Notes: generated by a model from the letters alone, not told the origin. DNA of 64,000 nt from Bacillus subtilis subsp. subtilis str. 168 (GCF_000009045.1 NC_000964.3:3100001-3164000), one strand, 5' to 3'. Shown: positions 9,397 to 19,837, numbered from the stretch's first letter. Numbers and translations: made by a program.

Positions 9397-11337
9397 TCAC
9401 AACGACGATTTAATGACCTTCTTATAATAAAGAACTGACAGAAAACCAAAAATGGAGTAGAGCGCAGTATATAACACCATCACCATAATCATAGGCGCCC
9501 ATACCTCTGATCCGAATAAGAACCAGCCGGATTGGACGGCAAAGTAACTGTGGAAGAGGCCGACAACGAGCGGAATGCCGAAGTTGTACATTTGTTTGAT
9601 GCGTATCCCCTTTATCAGGTCGCCCTGCGTAAAGCCGAGTTTTCTTAAAATTGTATAGCTCGGTTTTTCATCTTCACTTTCACCCATTTGTTTAAAATAA
9701 AGGATACAACCTGATGTAATCAGGAACGTTAACCCTAAGAAGCCGACGATGAACATCACCATACCAAACAGTGATTTTTGCGCAGCGCTTGTATCTAGTC
9801 TTGATAAATGCTCGTTTTTCTTGTTCACCTGTTGAAAAAGCTCATTTGCTTTTTCCATTTGATCGTCATGTTTCACATTGACGCCGATAAATGTAGATTG
9901 CGCCAGCTGAATGCGGGGGTCTTTATCCTTGTCCAGCTGTTTAAACAGGCTGTCATCCACAATGACAGCGGGCATGCCCCCGCTTGTAAACGTGTAGGAC
10001 ACAAGAAACTCTTCTCTTAATCCTTTATATTTTAATGGCTGCGTCTCGTGCTTGCTTTTTACTTTAATAACACCAGAGTCCTTGAAAACCATTATTTTTT
10101 GCAGCAAGTCGGTGTATCCTGAGAAAACGGCTTCTCCAGCCGCCACATCGACTCCTTTTACATCTTTGTCGCTAACAACAGCAAGCTGCATATTGCCGGG
10201 ATCGCCCTGCATCTCTTTCGGAGTTCCATCCATAATATTTGCAATGTCAACATTTGCTTGCAGGACAGGTGTTGCCTTTTTTACAAACGAGATGTTGCTT
10301 TCCCTCAATTTGTTTTCAAATAACTTGGCATCTTTCTCATTCATGAATGAAAAATCAGCCGCTACATTTTGTTCAGCGGTCTTTTCCGACGAGTAATACG
10401 AGATGTAAGCAAGAGATAACAGCCCGATGGCGAGCGCTGAAACGGTTGTAATAATCGTCAGCAGCAGCGCATTCGATTTCATTCTGAACATGATCGAAGA
10501 CAGTGACAGAACCTCAGAAATATTTAAGTAGCCGCCCTTGCTTTTTCGAATGATATTCGAGATAAACGTAACTGATCCTTTATAAAACAAAAACGTCCCG
10601 ATAATGACGCTCCCCAGAATGAAGCTCATCGCAACAAACAGTTCATTAATGGTCTTAAATTTTCCGCCAAACAGCTCAGAAGACACATAGTATCCTGTCA
10701 AAATCAACACGATGCCTAAAGCGCCGATCAGCATTTGGAAAAATGATATTTTCTTCACTTTGTCTTCAGTGGAGGACGTTACTTTAAACAAAGATAAAAT
10801 ACTCTGTTTTTTGATAAACGTATAATTCATGATCATGATCAAAAGGTAAATGCCGCAGAACACAATGACCGTTTGGACCAAGGCCTGCTCAGAAAAATGC
10901 AGTTTCGCATCCGCTTTGACATCGACAATTTTGAACAGAATCATCAAGACAAGCTTCGATATCGAAAACCCGGCCGCTACCCCGATCGCTAATGAACCGA
11001 AATACAGCATGACATTTTCTGCACTTAAGATGCGAAAAATTTTATGCTTCGTCATTCCAATTAATTGAAACAGCCCGATTTCTTTACTCCGTCTCTTAAT
11101 AAAAATCGTATTGGCATATAAAATGAAGATCGCCACTACAGCCACAAGCAAAATCGAAGCGGTTTTAATAGCCGCGGCTCCCTTGATTGAAGCCTTCACT
11201 TCGTTAATTGCTGGATCATACTGCAGCGTGACAAAGGCGAAATAAAGCGCCACGCTAAAGATGAGCGCAAACACATACAAATAGTAATTCCGGAGATTCT
11301 TTTTCAAATTTCGCAGGATGAGCTGATTAATGTTCAT
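9397..11337 (-). CDS. bceB: Bacitracin resistance ABC transporter permease
   Basis: 646 aa FtsX-type permease with 10 TM and a large extracellular domain; downstream of ATPase and two-component system. Confidence 0.95.
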
Positions 11338-12088
11338 GCTGCACCCCGCCTAACACGCCTTGCGTTTTCATAATATCCTGGAAAAACGTTTGCCTGTCCT
11401 GGCCCCCTTTATTCAGCTGTGTATACATTTGCCCGTCCTTAATAAAAATGACTCTGCCGCAGTAGCTGGCAGCGACGGGATCATGGGTAACCATAATAAT
11501 CGTCGCGTTGCGTTTTTGATTGAGCTGGCTCAGCTTATTTAATAGATCGGAGGCCGATTTCGAATCGAGCGCGCCGGTCGGTTCATCAGCGAAAATAATG
11601 CTCGGGTCATGAATAAACGCTCTTCCAGCGGATGTTCTCTGCTTCTGGCCGCCGGAAATTTCATTCGGGTATTTATCCCGCAATTCATATATTCCCAGTT
11701 CCTTGGCAACTTCCTCAAACTTGCGATTGGCTTCCTTTTTTGATAGTTTCGTGATCGATAAAGGCAGAAGGATATTCTCTTTCACTGTCAATGTGTCTAA
11801 CAAATTGTAATCCTGAAAGATAAAGCCTAAATGCTGTTTTCTAAATTCAGCCAGCTGCTTTTCCTTCATAGCCGTCATGTCATTTCCATTAATATGAATG
11901 GTTCCGTGACTGACCTGATCGATTGAGGACAGAACGTTGAGCAAAGTGGTTTTTCCCGACCCGGAAGCACCCATAATACTGACGAATTCGCCCTTTTCAA
12001 TGTGAATATCGATGCCCTTCAGCACTTCCTGTTTATTCAGCTTGTTTCCATAACTTTTTCGAATTTTATTCGCTTCTAAAATCACCAT
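11327..12088 (-). CDS. bceA: Bacitracin resistance ABC transporter ATPase
   Basis: Walker A GASGSGKT, signature ISGGQ, Walker B IIFADE. Confidence 0.95.
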
Positions 12089-12119
12089 TTACGCAGTCTC
12101 CTTTATATTGGATAATCTC

Positions 12120-12125
12120 ATTATA
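12120..12125 (-). promoter_or_regulatory. -10 element of the bceAB promoter (weak -35, activator-dependent)
   Basis: TATAAT on the minus strand downstream of the BceR box. Confidence 0.65.
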
Positions 12126-12171
12126 AAAAGGAATGCCGGGCTTTTCCTTCGATACGGCGAACAAAAAAGAA

Positions 12172-12199
12172 AAGCATGTGACATTTTCGTCACACGCTT
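12172..12199. promoter_or_regulatory. BceR binding site
   Basis: AAGCATGTGAC-attttc-GTCACACGCTT inverted repeat, matching the BceR-family operator as I know it. Confidence 0.85.
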
Positions 12200-13194
12200 A
12201 TGACATGTTCAAATTGATTCCGTATTGGAAAGGTTAATGTAAAAACTGTTCCCGCACCAAACTCCGACTCAACATCAATATGGATCAATAACGGCGCCGC
12301 TGCTTTTTTTGCCAAGTACAGCCCCATGCCAGTTGACGCTTGATCATGGTGATCCGTTGTGGATGTAAACCCTTTATCAAAAATACGCGGTACATCTTTT
12401 GGATCAATGCCCCTGCCACAATCTTTCACTTGGAGCTGCGTCTGTTCCCCTTTTTGAAAGCTTTTGATCTCGATTTCAGAGGCTTCGCTGTATTTCACCG
12501 CGTTTGTCAGCAGCTGCCTGATGATAAACGCCAGCCATTTTGCATCGCTCAGCACTTCTTTGGCCTCGAGCTGTATGTCAAAACCGATCCCTTTTTGGAT
12601 ACACCACGATTGTAAATCTTTGATTTCTTTAAAGATCAAAGGCTGAAGCTGAATGAATTCTACTGACAGGTCGTTTTCAATAAATGAAATGCGTTTTTGA
12701 TGAAGCTGCTGATCAAGAAGCAGGTGAATACGCAGCCATTCATATGACAGCTGGGATTTCAGTGCTTTTTCTTCCATTCTATCAATGATTAAATGCATCG
12801 CTGTTAATGGAGTTTTGACCTCATGGATCCATGCCATCAGCTCATCTTTTTCATTTTCCAATGCTAAGCGATGCCGTGCTGCGGTCTGCTTCAAGTGTTC
12901 TGTTTGCCCGGCAATGCTTCTTTCAACCATTGCTTCAAACGGCGTTTCCGGTTCATTTATGGCTGTCACATCGAGATTGTTCTCCCATGTTTTCAAGCTT
13001 TTATAAAACGCTGTTTCTTTCCGATAGCGGAACCAAAGGAATATGATAAAAAACAAGATGCACAAATACACCATATAAAGTACATTCCCAAATGATATGG
13101 AAGGATCGACAAAAGCAATGAACAGCATCAAAGCCTGCTGAAACAAAAACGCGGCAATCCAGCTCCGCCTTTCGATAAGGAATGCTTTAATCAT
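12190..13194 (-). CDS. bceS: Intramembrane-sensing histidine kinase
   Basis: Two adjacent TMs, H-box WIHEVKTP, N-box QLLTNAVKYS, DCGRGI and GMGL G-boxes; start MIKAFL coupled to the bceR stop (334 aa). Confidence 0.93.
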   Translation of the reverse strand: MIKAFLIERRSWIAAFLFQQALMLFIAFVDPSISFGNVLYMVYLCILFFIIFLWFRYRKETAFYKSLKTWENNLDVTAINEPETPFEAMVERSIAGQTEHLKQTAARHRLALENEKDELMAWIHEVKTPLTAMHLIIDRMEEKALKSQLSYEWLRIHLLLDQQLHQKRISFIENDLSVEFIQLQPLIFKEIKDLQSWCIQKGIGFDIQLEAKEVLSDAKWLAFIIRQLLTNAVKYSEASEIEIKSFQKGEQTQLQVKDCGRGIDPKDVPRIFDKGFTSTTDHHDQASTGMGLYLAKKAAAPLLIHIDVESEFGAGTVFTLTFPIRNQFEHVISV

Positions 13195-13882
13195 AGAACT
13201 TGTCCTCTTCCTTCGCGATGTAGCCCTGGCCCACCTTTGTCTCGATATATGCACCAAGCTGCAGGGCGTCCAGTTTTTTTCGCAGGCGATTGACATTGAC
13301 GGTCAGCGTATTATCACTAACAAAACGCTCATCGTTCCACAAGCTTCTGATCAGCTCTTCCCGGCTGACGATCTTGTTTTTTTGCTCTATTAATTGTTTT
13401 AGAATGAACATTTCATTTTTGGTCAGTTCAACAGATCCTTTGTCATTGCTGACGAGGTTCTGCTCCGCGTCTACAGCAGCGCCGCACCACGTTTTAATCG
13501 TACTCGGCTCCGTATTATAATGGTGCACACGCCGGAACATCGCTTGGATTTTCGCGATCAGCACATCAAAATGAAATGGCTTTTGAATAAAGTCATCTGC
13601 CCCGAGCTGCATGGACATCACCATATCAGCAGGATGATCCCGGGAGGATAAAAAGAGAATCGGAACATTTGACCGGGAGCGGATCAGACGGCACCAATGA
13701 AAGCCGTCAAATTTAGGCAGCTGCACATCAATAATGACACAATCAGGATTAACCGCCGCAAATTCCTGCAGCACCTGACTGAAATCCTGAATGCCGTATA
13801 CATCATAGGACCATCCCGTTAAACGATCCTTGATTTCATGAAACAGCGATTCATCATCTTCAATCAGCAAAAGTTTAAACAA
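13187..13882 (-). CDS. bceR: OmpR-family response regulator
   Basis: LLIEDD, IIDVQLP, DFIQKPF, C-terminal wHTH (ETKVGQGY); TTG start, 231 aa. Confidence 0.93.
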   Translation of the reverse strand: MFKLLLIEDDESLFHEIKDRLTGWSYDVYGIQDFSQVLQEFAAVNPDCVIIDVQLPKFDGFHWCRLIRSRSNVPILFLSSRDHPADMVMSMQLGADDFIQKPFHFDVLIAKIQAMFRRVHHYNTEPSTIKTWCGAAVDAEQNLVSNDKGSVELTKNEMFILKQLIEQKNKIVSREELIRSLWNDERFVSDNTLTVNVNRLRKKLDALQLGAYIETKVGQGYIAKEEDKFYD

Positions 13883-13945
13883 TCGACTCACCGCACTTTT
13901 TCCTTTTTTATCAAGTGTATAGCAAAACGCCAGCATGCGCTATAG

Positions 13946-13970
13946 AAAAAGCCGGCTGTCTCAGCCGGCT
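13946..13970 (-). terminator. ytr operon terminator
   Basis: AGCCGGCTG-aga-CAGCCGGCT followed by a U-tract on the minus strand. Confidence 0.85.
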
Positions 13971-13978
13971 CGTTCGCA

Positions 13979-15289
13979 TTATAATTCTCTTCTCAACGCT
14001 GTCAGCACGTTGGTTTTGGTAGCTTTTCTCGCCGGGTTCATTCCGGAAATGACTGCGACCCCTCCGCAAATCACAACGGCAATGATCACAAGGCTCGCCG
14101 GGATGTAGGAGAATGTGTAATTCAAATCGCCCGCATCGCCACCGCTTGTGGCCGCAAGAATCATCGGAACGGCCAGGTTGACAAGGTAGCTCACGCCGTA
14201 AGAAATGATAATCCCAATCACACAGCCTAAAATTCCGATATACGCGCTTTCCATCAAGAACATTCGGCGAATGATTGACGGGCTCGCCCCAATCGCTTTC
14301 ATAATGCCGATCTCTTGCGTTCTCTCTGTCACCGCCATCGTCATCGTGTTAAAAATGCCGATCGCTGAAATGATAACTGCGATACATCCGACAAAGATCA
14401 GTCCGATTTTGAAGACCATGAAGAAGGTATTGGCTCCCTCAAGTTCAGTAGTCACTGATGTGACATAGTACCCGTCATCTGTTAGATCATTTGTCAGCTG
14501 TTCCACATTCTCAAACTTATCAGCAAAAACACCAATGTTCGTTTCAACATTTCCGCCTTTGAAATCTAAGAATTCCGAAAAATCTTTTTTGAATTGATCA
14601 CTGATAAAAATATTTGAGTCCTCCATCCAGTCTTGAGATGGTTTTTTTGTAATACCGACAATTTTAAAGTCATATGTTTTTGTTTTTGTAACATCCCCTG
14701 TTTTAGAATCTGTCTTCGATACACTTAGTTCAATTGTTTTATTTAGAATATCTTTCGTATAGCCCTTTGGTTCTTTTATATCTTCTGGATTTCCTTTTGC
14801 TTCCTCGATTTTTTTGTTATATTCTTCCGATTCTTTTTTCGTTAATAATCTCTTTGCGAAGTCGTATCCTACTACGATTTCATTTTCCGACTTTGCGACT
14901 CTTCCCTTTTCCAATTCCATATTGGCCTTTAATTCATCATTCATATTAGTAAAAATGAGATTTGAGCTTTCATTTGTACGATTGCCTAAAGTAGCTTTGT
15001 TTGGTTCATACACTTGCGTTCTTTCTACAACTGACCTTACGTGATCATACTTCTCTAAATCAGCTTTTTTAATCGGCTTGTCTCCTTCCTTGCCCATTAC
15101 GCTGACTTTCGTTACAATCTGCTGGCTCATTGTCATATCTGTAATCGTCTTTTGAATCCCAAATCCAACGGACGACAACACAACCAAAAACGCACACGCC
15201 ATTGTTGTCGCCAGAATCGTCATAAAGACGCGAAGCCTGTTTTTCTTCATATTTCTTCTGATAAAATGAACCTGATCCTTAAACCTCAA
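13979..15289 (-). CDS. ytrF: MacB/FtsX-type ABC permease
   Basis: 436 aa; N-terminal TM, large extracellular domain, C-terminal FtsX motif ERTQEIGIMKAIGA. Confidence 0.9.
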   Translation of the reverse strand: MRFKDQVHFIRRNMKKNRLRVFMTILATTMACAFLVVLSSVGFGIQKTITDMTMSQQIVTKVSVMGKEGDKPIKKADLEKYDHVRSVVERTQVYEPNKATLGNRTNESSNLIFTNMNDELKANMELEKGRVAKSENEIVVGYDFAKRLLTKKESEEYNKKIEEAKGNPEDIKEPKGYTKDILNKTIELSVSKTDSKTGDVTKTKTYDFKIVGITKKPSQDWMEDSNIFISDQFKKDFSEFLDFKGGNVETNIGVFADKFENVEQLTNDLTDDGYYVTSVTTELEGANTFFMVFKIGLIFVGCIAVIISAIGIFNTMTMAVTERTQEIGIMKAIGASPSIIRRMFLMESAYIGILGCVIGIIISYGVSYLVNLAVPMILAATSGGDAGDLNYTFSYIPASLVIIAVVICGGVAVISGMNPARKATKTNVLTALRREL

Positions 15290-15974
15290 CGGTAATTCCT
15301 CCTTTTAGCACACCATCATGAAGCTGAAATTTTGAATGTCCGATAGAAGCGACTTCATCATCGTGAGTAATGATCACAAATGTAATGCCACGCTCACGAT
15401 TCAGCTGCTGGATCAATTCCAGCACTTCATGTTCCGTTTCTGAATCAAGGCTTCCCGTCGGCTCATCCGCTAAGATAATCGAAGGATTTAAAATCAATGC
15501 TCGAGCAATACTGACACGCTGCTGCTGGCCGCCTGACAGTTCATTCGGATAATGAGCGGCGTGGTTTTCCAGACCGACGCGTTTCAGCATGTCCTGCACC
15601 TTTTGCTTCCGCTCAGATGGCTTGATTCCTTTTAACGCCAGCGGCATTTCCACATTCTCATACGTCGTTAAACCCGGGATGAGCTGAAAGCTCTGAAAAA
15701 TAAACCCGAAATGGTCAAGCCGAAATTGCGCCCATTCCTTTTCATTAAACCCCGTAACATCAGTGCCATTAATGACAATCCGCCCTTTTGTCGGCGATAT
15801 GTAGCCGGAAATTAAATTCAAAAGCGTTGATTTCCCTGAGCCGCTTCGTCCGACAATGCAGGCGATTTCCCCTTTCGCCACGCTCAATGAAACATCCTTC
15901 AATACTGGAACTTCATTCTCACGGCCCTTTTTTCCGATCGTGAAAGAATGGTCGATATGCTGAACATCAATCAT
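15279..15974 (-). CDS. ytrE: ABC ATPase (LolD/MacB-like)
   Basis: GRSGSGKS, LSGGQ, ILADEPTG. Confidence 0.92.
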   Translation of the reverse strand: MIDVQHIDHSFTIGKKGRENEVPVLKDVSLSVAKGEIACIVGRSGSGKSTLLNLISGYISPTKGRIVINGTDVTGFNEKEWAQFRLDHFGFIFQSFQLIPGLTTYENVEMPLALKGIKPSERKQKVQDMLKRVGLENHAAHYPNELSGGQQQRVSIARALILNPSIILADEPTGSLDSETEHEVLELIQQLNRERGITFVIITHDDEVASIGHSKFQLHDGVLKGGITVEV

Positions 15975-15988
15975 ATGTTCTCTCTCCC

Positions 15989-16966
15989 TTACAAAAGTTT
16001 CATTTTTTTATAAATCGCAAAATAACTAATCAAGAAACCGATTACCGCACCTGTACCCATGCCAATGAGATAACCGGCAAAGCTCTCGCTTGCAGTAAAT
16101 CCAAAATAGCCGAAGCCCATGATTCCTATGATAATAACGATGATCTGCACCGGGCGGTTAAGCGGCTTCCATAAGAAGAAATATCCGTTTCTTTCATTAG
16201 ACATTTTAACAAAGCTAATATAGCCGATGATGTAAAAAATGATAGTCATGATAGCCGGAATGACTAAATAATATGGTGAATTCTCAGCCCATTTCGAGTC
16301 TACATAAATTATCGGAATGAAATACTGCACCCATTTAGGTACTGGACCATGGATAAAATCTATTGATCCGCCAAAAAGGATCTCGAGGTTGATCACAGGC
16401 AGGCTGATGAGTAAAAACGGCGAAATGGCCACGGTAAATGAGACTAGAAGCTGTGCGAAACTATTGCCTGTCAAAGCTCCTCCGGCCATAACCAAAGAAT
16501 AAGCCAGCATGCTAACAATAATCATTCCCAAGCTGTAATTGTGAAAATAAACGGCCTGATCTGGCTTCAAAAGCATGATCAGCAAAACAGACAAAACATA
16601 ACCTATGAGCTGCGGCACCACAATCACCATTCCGCCGGTAAGGAACTTCGCATGAAATATCTGCCCTCGTGTATATGGAAGGCTTAATGTAAAATCAAAG
16701 AAGCTCTTGCTACGTTCAATCCCAAGCTGGCTGACCGCCAAAACGACTCCCCAAATCCAAAACAATGAGATAAATGAGCTATTTAAATAATCAACGCTGA
16801 ATACGCAGGGGCCGACCCAATTTTCTTTTCCAGTGACACAGCCTTGATAGATGAGATACATATTTAAAATTGATAATGGATTACCTAATATAAAAACCAA
16901 AATGGTGATAACTAAGGCGACTTTATTCTGCCGCCACTCTTTGTAAAGCAGTCCGGAATCCGGCAA
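15989..16966 (-). CDS. ytrD: ABC-2 type permease
   Basis: Multi-TM paralog of ytrC; TTG start after SD GGAGG. Confidence 0.88.
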   Translation of the reverse strand: MPDSGLLYKEWRQNKVALVITILVFILGNPLSILNMYLIYQGCVTGKENWVGPCVFSVDYLNSSFISLFWIWGVVLAVSQLGIERSKSFFDFTLSLPYTRGQIFHAKFLTGGMVIVVPQLIGYVLSVLLIMLLKPDQAVYFHNYSLGMIIVSMLAYSLVMAGGALTGNSFAQLLVSFTVAISPFLLISLPVINLEILFGGSIDFIHGPVPKWVQYFIPIIYVDSKWAENSPYYLVIPAIMTIIFYIIGYISFVKMSNERNGYFFLWKPLNRPVQIIVIIIGIMGFGYFGFTASESFAGYLIGMGTGAVIGFLISYFAIYKKMKLL

Positions 16967-16995
16967 CTCACTTCCCTCCAAACCTAAGGCATTTC

Positions 16996-17982
16996 TTACA
17001 CTTTTGTTTTCTTATAAATAGAGAAGTAGCTCACAAAGAATCCAGCCACTGCTCCAATGATCATACCCAAAATATAACCAATAATGGAATGTCCGGTATA
17101 GTATCCAAATAAACCAAATCCAAGGATGCCGAAAGCCATAACCAGAATTTGCACCGGGCGATCTAATCTGTTCCATAAGAAAAAGTGTCCGTTCCGTTCA
17201 CTTGGAAGCTTCTTGAAGCTTATAAAGCCAATCAAGTAAAATAGCATGCTCATTACGGCTGGAATCAATAAAAGATATTTACTGTTAATCAGCCATTCAT
17301 TTACAACGTAACTAATCGGTACTAGGTTCGATAAATTGCTTGCCAGAGAGAAATAACTCTCAGGGGAAGGGAATATTTCCCATATATTCGCACCAAAAAC
17401 AACTTCTAGGTTTCCAACCGGCAATGCAATAATTAAATACGGCAATATAGCTGCTGAAAACGCCGTTAACAGTTGGGCAAAAGCATTTCCAGTTAACGCT
17501 CCGGCGGCCATCACCAGTGAAAAAGCCATAAAACTTATCACGATTACTCCAATGCTGCTGTGCTCAAAAAAGTAGACGTGTTCAGGGTTATAGACAAGAA
17601 TCAGCAGCCATGCAAGTAAAAAGCCAATCAATTGTGACAGCACAATCACAAAACCGCCTAACCAAAATTTTGTCTGAAAAATTTGGCTTCTGTTATACGG
17701 GAGGCTTAATATAAAATCCATCGTGCCTTTCGAACGCTCCATTCCGAGGAAGCAGACCGCCAAAATGACACCCGGCACCCAGTTGATATCTATCAGATTG
17801 CTTATGGAATAATTCACAATAAAATCACAATATTGCGGGTCTTGGCGATCAAGACACCCTTGATAAGACAAATACGTATTAACGATAGAAAGCGGATTTG
17901 CCAATACTAAAAACGCGATACTTAACAAAATCACCACTTGATTCTGCTTCCACTCTCGATAGAGGAGACCTCGGTCTACCAT
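16996..17982 (-). CDS. ytrC: ABC-2 type permease
   Basis: 328 aa multi-TM protein between ytrB and ytrD. Confidence 0.88.
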   Translation of the reverse strand: MVDRGLLYREWKQNQVVILLSIAFLVLANPLSIVNTYLSYQGCLDRQDPQYCDFIVNYSISNLIDINWVPGVILAVCFLGMERSKGTMDFILSLPYNRSQIFQTKFWLGGFVIVLSQLIGFLLAWLLILVYNPEHVYFFEHSSIGVIVISFMAFSLVMAAGALTGNAFAQLLTAFSAAILPYLIIALPVGNLEVVFGANIWEIFPSPESYFSLASNLSNLVPISYVVNEWLINSKYLLLIPAVMSMLFYLIGFISFKKLPSERNGHFFLWNRLDRPVQILVMAFGILGFGLFGYYTGHSIIGYILGMIIGAVAGFFVSYFSIYKKTKV

Positions 17983-18854
17983 CTCCGCTTCCCTCCAAAC
18001 TTCGCAATGAACACTTCTTCCAGGTTGACAGGAAGCTCATTCCACACTTTTGGCTTCAGCTCTCTCAAAAAGCTCTTTTTCTCCTCATCGCTTTTCGGAA
18101 TCAGCACTGTGTAAAACACGCCGGCCTGATCGAGCATCGGAATGTTTTGCTCTCTGATGGCCAAATTGACATCTGTATCGAAGGCCATTTGAATTTTAAT
18201 GTATTCTTCTTTTAACTCATCAAGATCCATGACGTTGGTCAGGCTGTTATCTTCAAGAAAACCAATTCGGTTGCACATCCGCTCTATGTCTTCAAGCCGG
18301 TGGGACGTAATCAGGATGCTCGTATCACGCTCTGCCACTTCATCGACCATCAGCTGCAGCACATCATGCCTTGTCACCGCATCAATACCATCCGTCGGCT
18401 CATCAAGGAGGATCAGCGCCGGTCTCGCCGCAAACGACAGAACGAGCGATAGCTGCTTTTTTAAGCCTGTCGACAGCTCACGGTATTTTTTCGTTTCCGG
18501 AATTTCGTATCTGTTCATCAGCTCATTCGCGTACGTGACATCAAATTTCGGATATATTCTTCTCAAAATATCGACTAACTGCTTGTATGTATACTTATCG
18601 TAAAACGGATTTTGAACAGGCATGTAGATGATATTTTGTTTGACTTTCGGGTGCTTTTTGATTTCTACGCCGTCAAATAAAATCGTTCCGCTGTCAGCGA
18701 AAATGATTTGCTGGATTAAGCGAAGCATCGTCGTTTTGCCCGATCCATTGCGTCCAAGCAATCCAAAGATTTCTCCTTTTTCGATTGTTAATGAAACATC
18801 TTTTAATACTTGATTGCCGTCAATCGCTTTTGACAGCTGCCGCAGTTCAATCAT
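17976..18854 (-). CDS. ytrB: ABC ATPase
   Basis: GRNGSGKT, LSTG signature variant, LILLDEP. Confidence 0.92.
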   Translation of the reverse strand: MIELRQLSKAIDGNQVLKDVSLTIEKGEIFGLLGRNGSGKTTMLRLIQQIIFADSGTILFDGVEIKKHPKVKQNIIYMPVQNPFYDKYTYKQLVDILRRIYPKFDVTYANELMNRYEIPETKKYRELSTGLKKQLSLVLSFAARPALILLDEPTDGIDAVTRHDVLQLMVDEVAERDTSILITSHRLEDIERMCNRIGFLEDNSLTNVMDLDELKEEYIKIQMAFDTDVNLAIREQNIPMLDQAGVFYTVLIPKSDEEKKSFLRELKPKVWNELPVNLEEVFIAKFGGKRRW

Positions 18855-19239
18855 TTTTTTTGCCTCCCTTCACATCAGCGCTGATTTCCTTTATCCATTC
18901 GTGCAGTTTTTCCAGCTCAACCCCTGCATAGTGTGCATCGATGATGAGCTGTTTGAGTTGCTCTTTAATCATCGTCATCTTCCCTTCAACCAGTGTCGTT
19001 TTTGCATTCTCCGATATATAGGTCCCTCTGCCCCGCAGCGTTTCAATAATCCCCTCTCGCTCAAGTTCTTTATACGCTTTGCTGACAGTGTTCGGATTCG
19101 CAATAATGATCGTTGCCAATTCTCTGACAGAAGGAAGCTTATCACCAGGCTTCATGATCCCTTTCAAACAAAGCTCTTTCATTTGCTGAATAATTTGTTC
19201 GTAAATGGGTGTTGAGCTTCTTGGATCGATTTGAATCAT
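18847..19239 (-). CDS. ytrA: GntR-family (YtrA subfamily) repressor
   Basis: PIYEQI..LPSVRELA..NPNTVSKAY wHTH with a short C-terminus, 130 aa. Confidence 0.95.
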   Translation of the reverse strand: MIQIDPRSSTPIYEQIIQQMKELCLKGIMKPGDKLPSVRELATIIIANPNTVSKAYKELEREGIIETLRGRGTYISENAKTTLVEGKMTMIKEQLKQLIIDAHYAGVELEKLHEWIKEISADVKGGKKND

Positions 19240-19272
19240 TTACTTCCCTACTTTCTATACGATCTGAACCTT

Positions 19273-19410
19273 TTATAGATAAAAATGATCAATTATACTT
19301 TTTTGCCATTCAAAACCGATCATCACAAGAACAAGAAAAAAAGAACAAGCGATCACAGATGCCGCAATCAGCATTGGCACGTTACGTTTGTTTCGTTTTT
19401 TATGTTTCAT
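19273..19410 (-). CDS. ytrG: 45-aa single-pass membrane peptide (not in the ORF track)
   Basis: MKHKKRNKRNVPMLIAASVIACSFFLVLVMIGFEWQKSIIDHFYL; SD AAGGGAGG; lies between the YtrA operator and ytrA. Confidence 0.85.
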   Translation of the reverse strand: MKHKKRNKRNVPMLIAASVIACSFFLVLVMIGFEWQKSIIDHFYL

Positions 19411-19460
19411 AACTGCCTCCCTTAATGTCAATATATAAATGATTTTATATTAGTGTCTAT

Positions 19461-19485
19461 AGTGTATTACTTCAATTAGTACACT
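19461..19485. promoter_or_regulatory. YtrA operator
   Basis: AGTGTA-N13-TACACT immediately downstream of the -10. Confidence 0.85.
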
Positions 19486-19489
19486 TAAT

Positions 19490-19518
19490 ACAATAAATAC
19501 TTTGACTCACAAAGTCAA
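19490..19518 (-). promoter_or_regulatory. sigA promoter of ytrGABCDEF
   Basis: TTGACT-17-TATTGT. Confidence 0.7.
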
Positions 19519-19530
19519 TCCTTTTTTTAC

Positions 19531-19563
19531 AAAAAAACGGACCCTTTTAAAAGGGTCCGTTTT
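19531..19563 (-). terminator. ytzC terminator
   Basis: Perfect 30-bp palindrome AAAACGGACCCTTTTAAAAGGGTCCGTTTT (19534-19563) with a U-tract on the minus strand. Confidence 0.85.
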
Positions 19564-19564
19564 C

Positions 19565-19837
19565 CTACACATCAAGAGGGTGCTGCAGGATCATATTATT
19601 TTGCAAAGATTGAAGCTGAAGTCTCATTCTGTACAGCTGTTCTCTCTGCTGATCATTTGACGACAGCCATAGTTTATTCAAGGCATTTACCGCATCTTCT
19701 AGCTGCATTTGTGCATCACTATATTCTTGATCGTTATAATGCTCTTGTTTAGAAGCGATTTTCAGCTGTTCTTCAGCATAATCATAGGCCTGCATACATT
19801 GCTGGAGATGTTCATCTACTGATTGTCTTGTTGCCAC
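19565..19837 (-). CDS. ytzC: Small helical Gln-rich protein of unknown function
   Basis: 90 aa, GTG start with SD AGGAGGGG. Confidence 0.8.
   Translation of the reverse strand: MATRQSVDEHLQQCMQAYDYAEEQLKIASKQEHYNDQEYSDAQMQLEDAVNALNKLWLSSNDQQREQLYRMRLQLQSLQNNMILQHPLDV

Noticed and set aside
14500-17900. AT-rich look of ytrC-ytrF as a horizontally acquired island
   Set aside because: Judged by eye only; explained by Lys/Ile/Phe-rich domains, with no mobility genes or boundary repeats.
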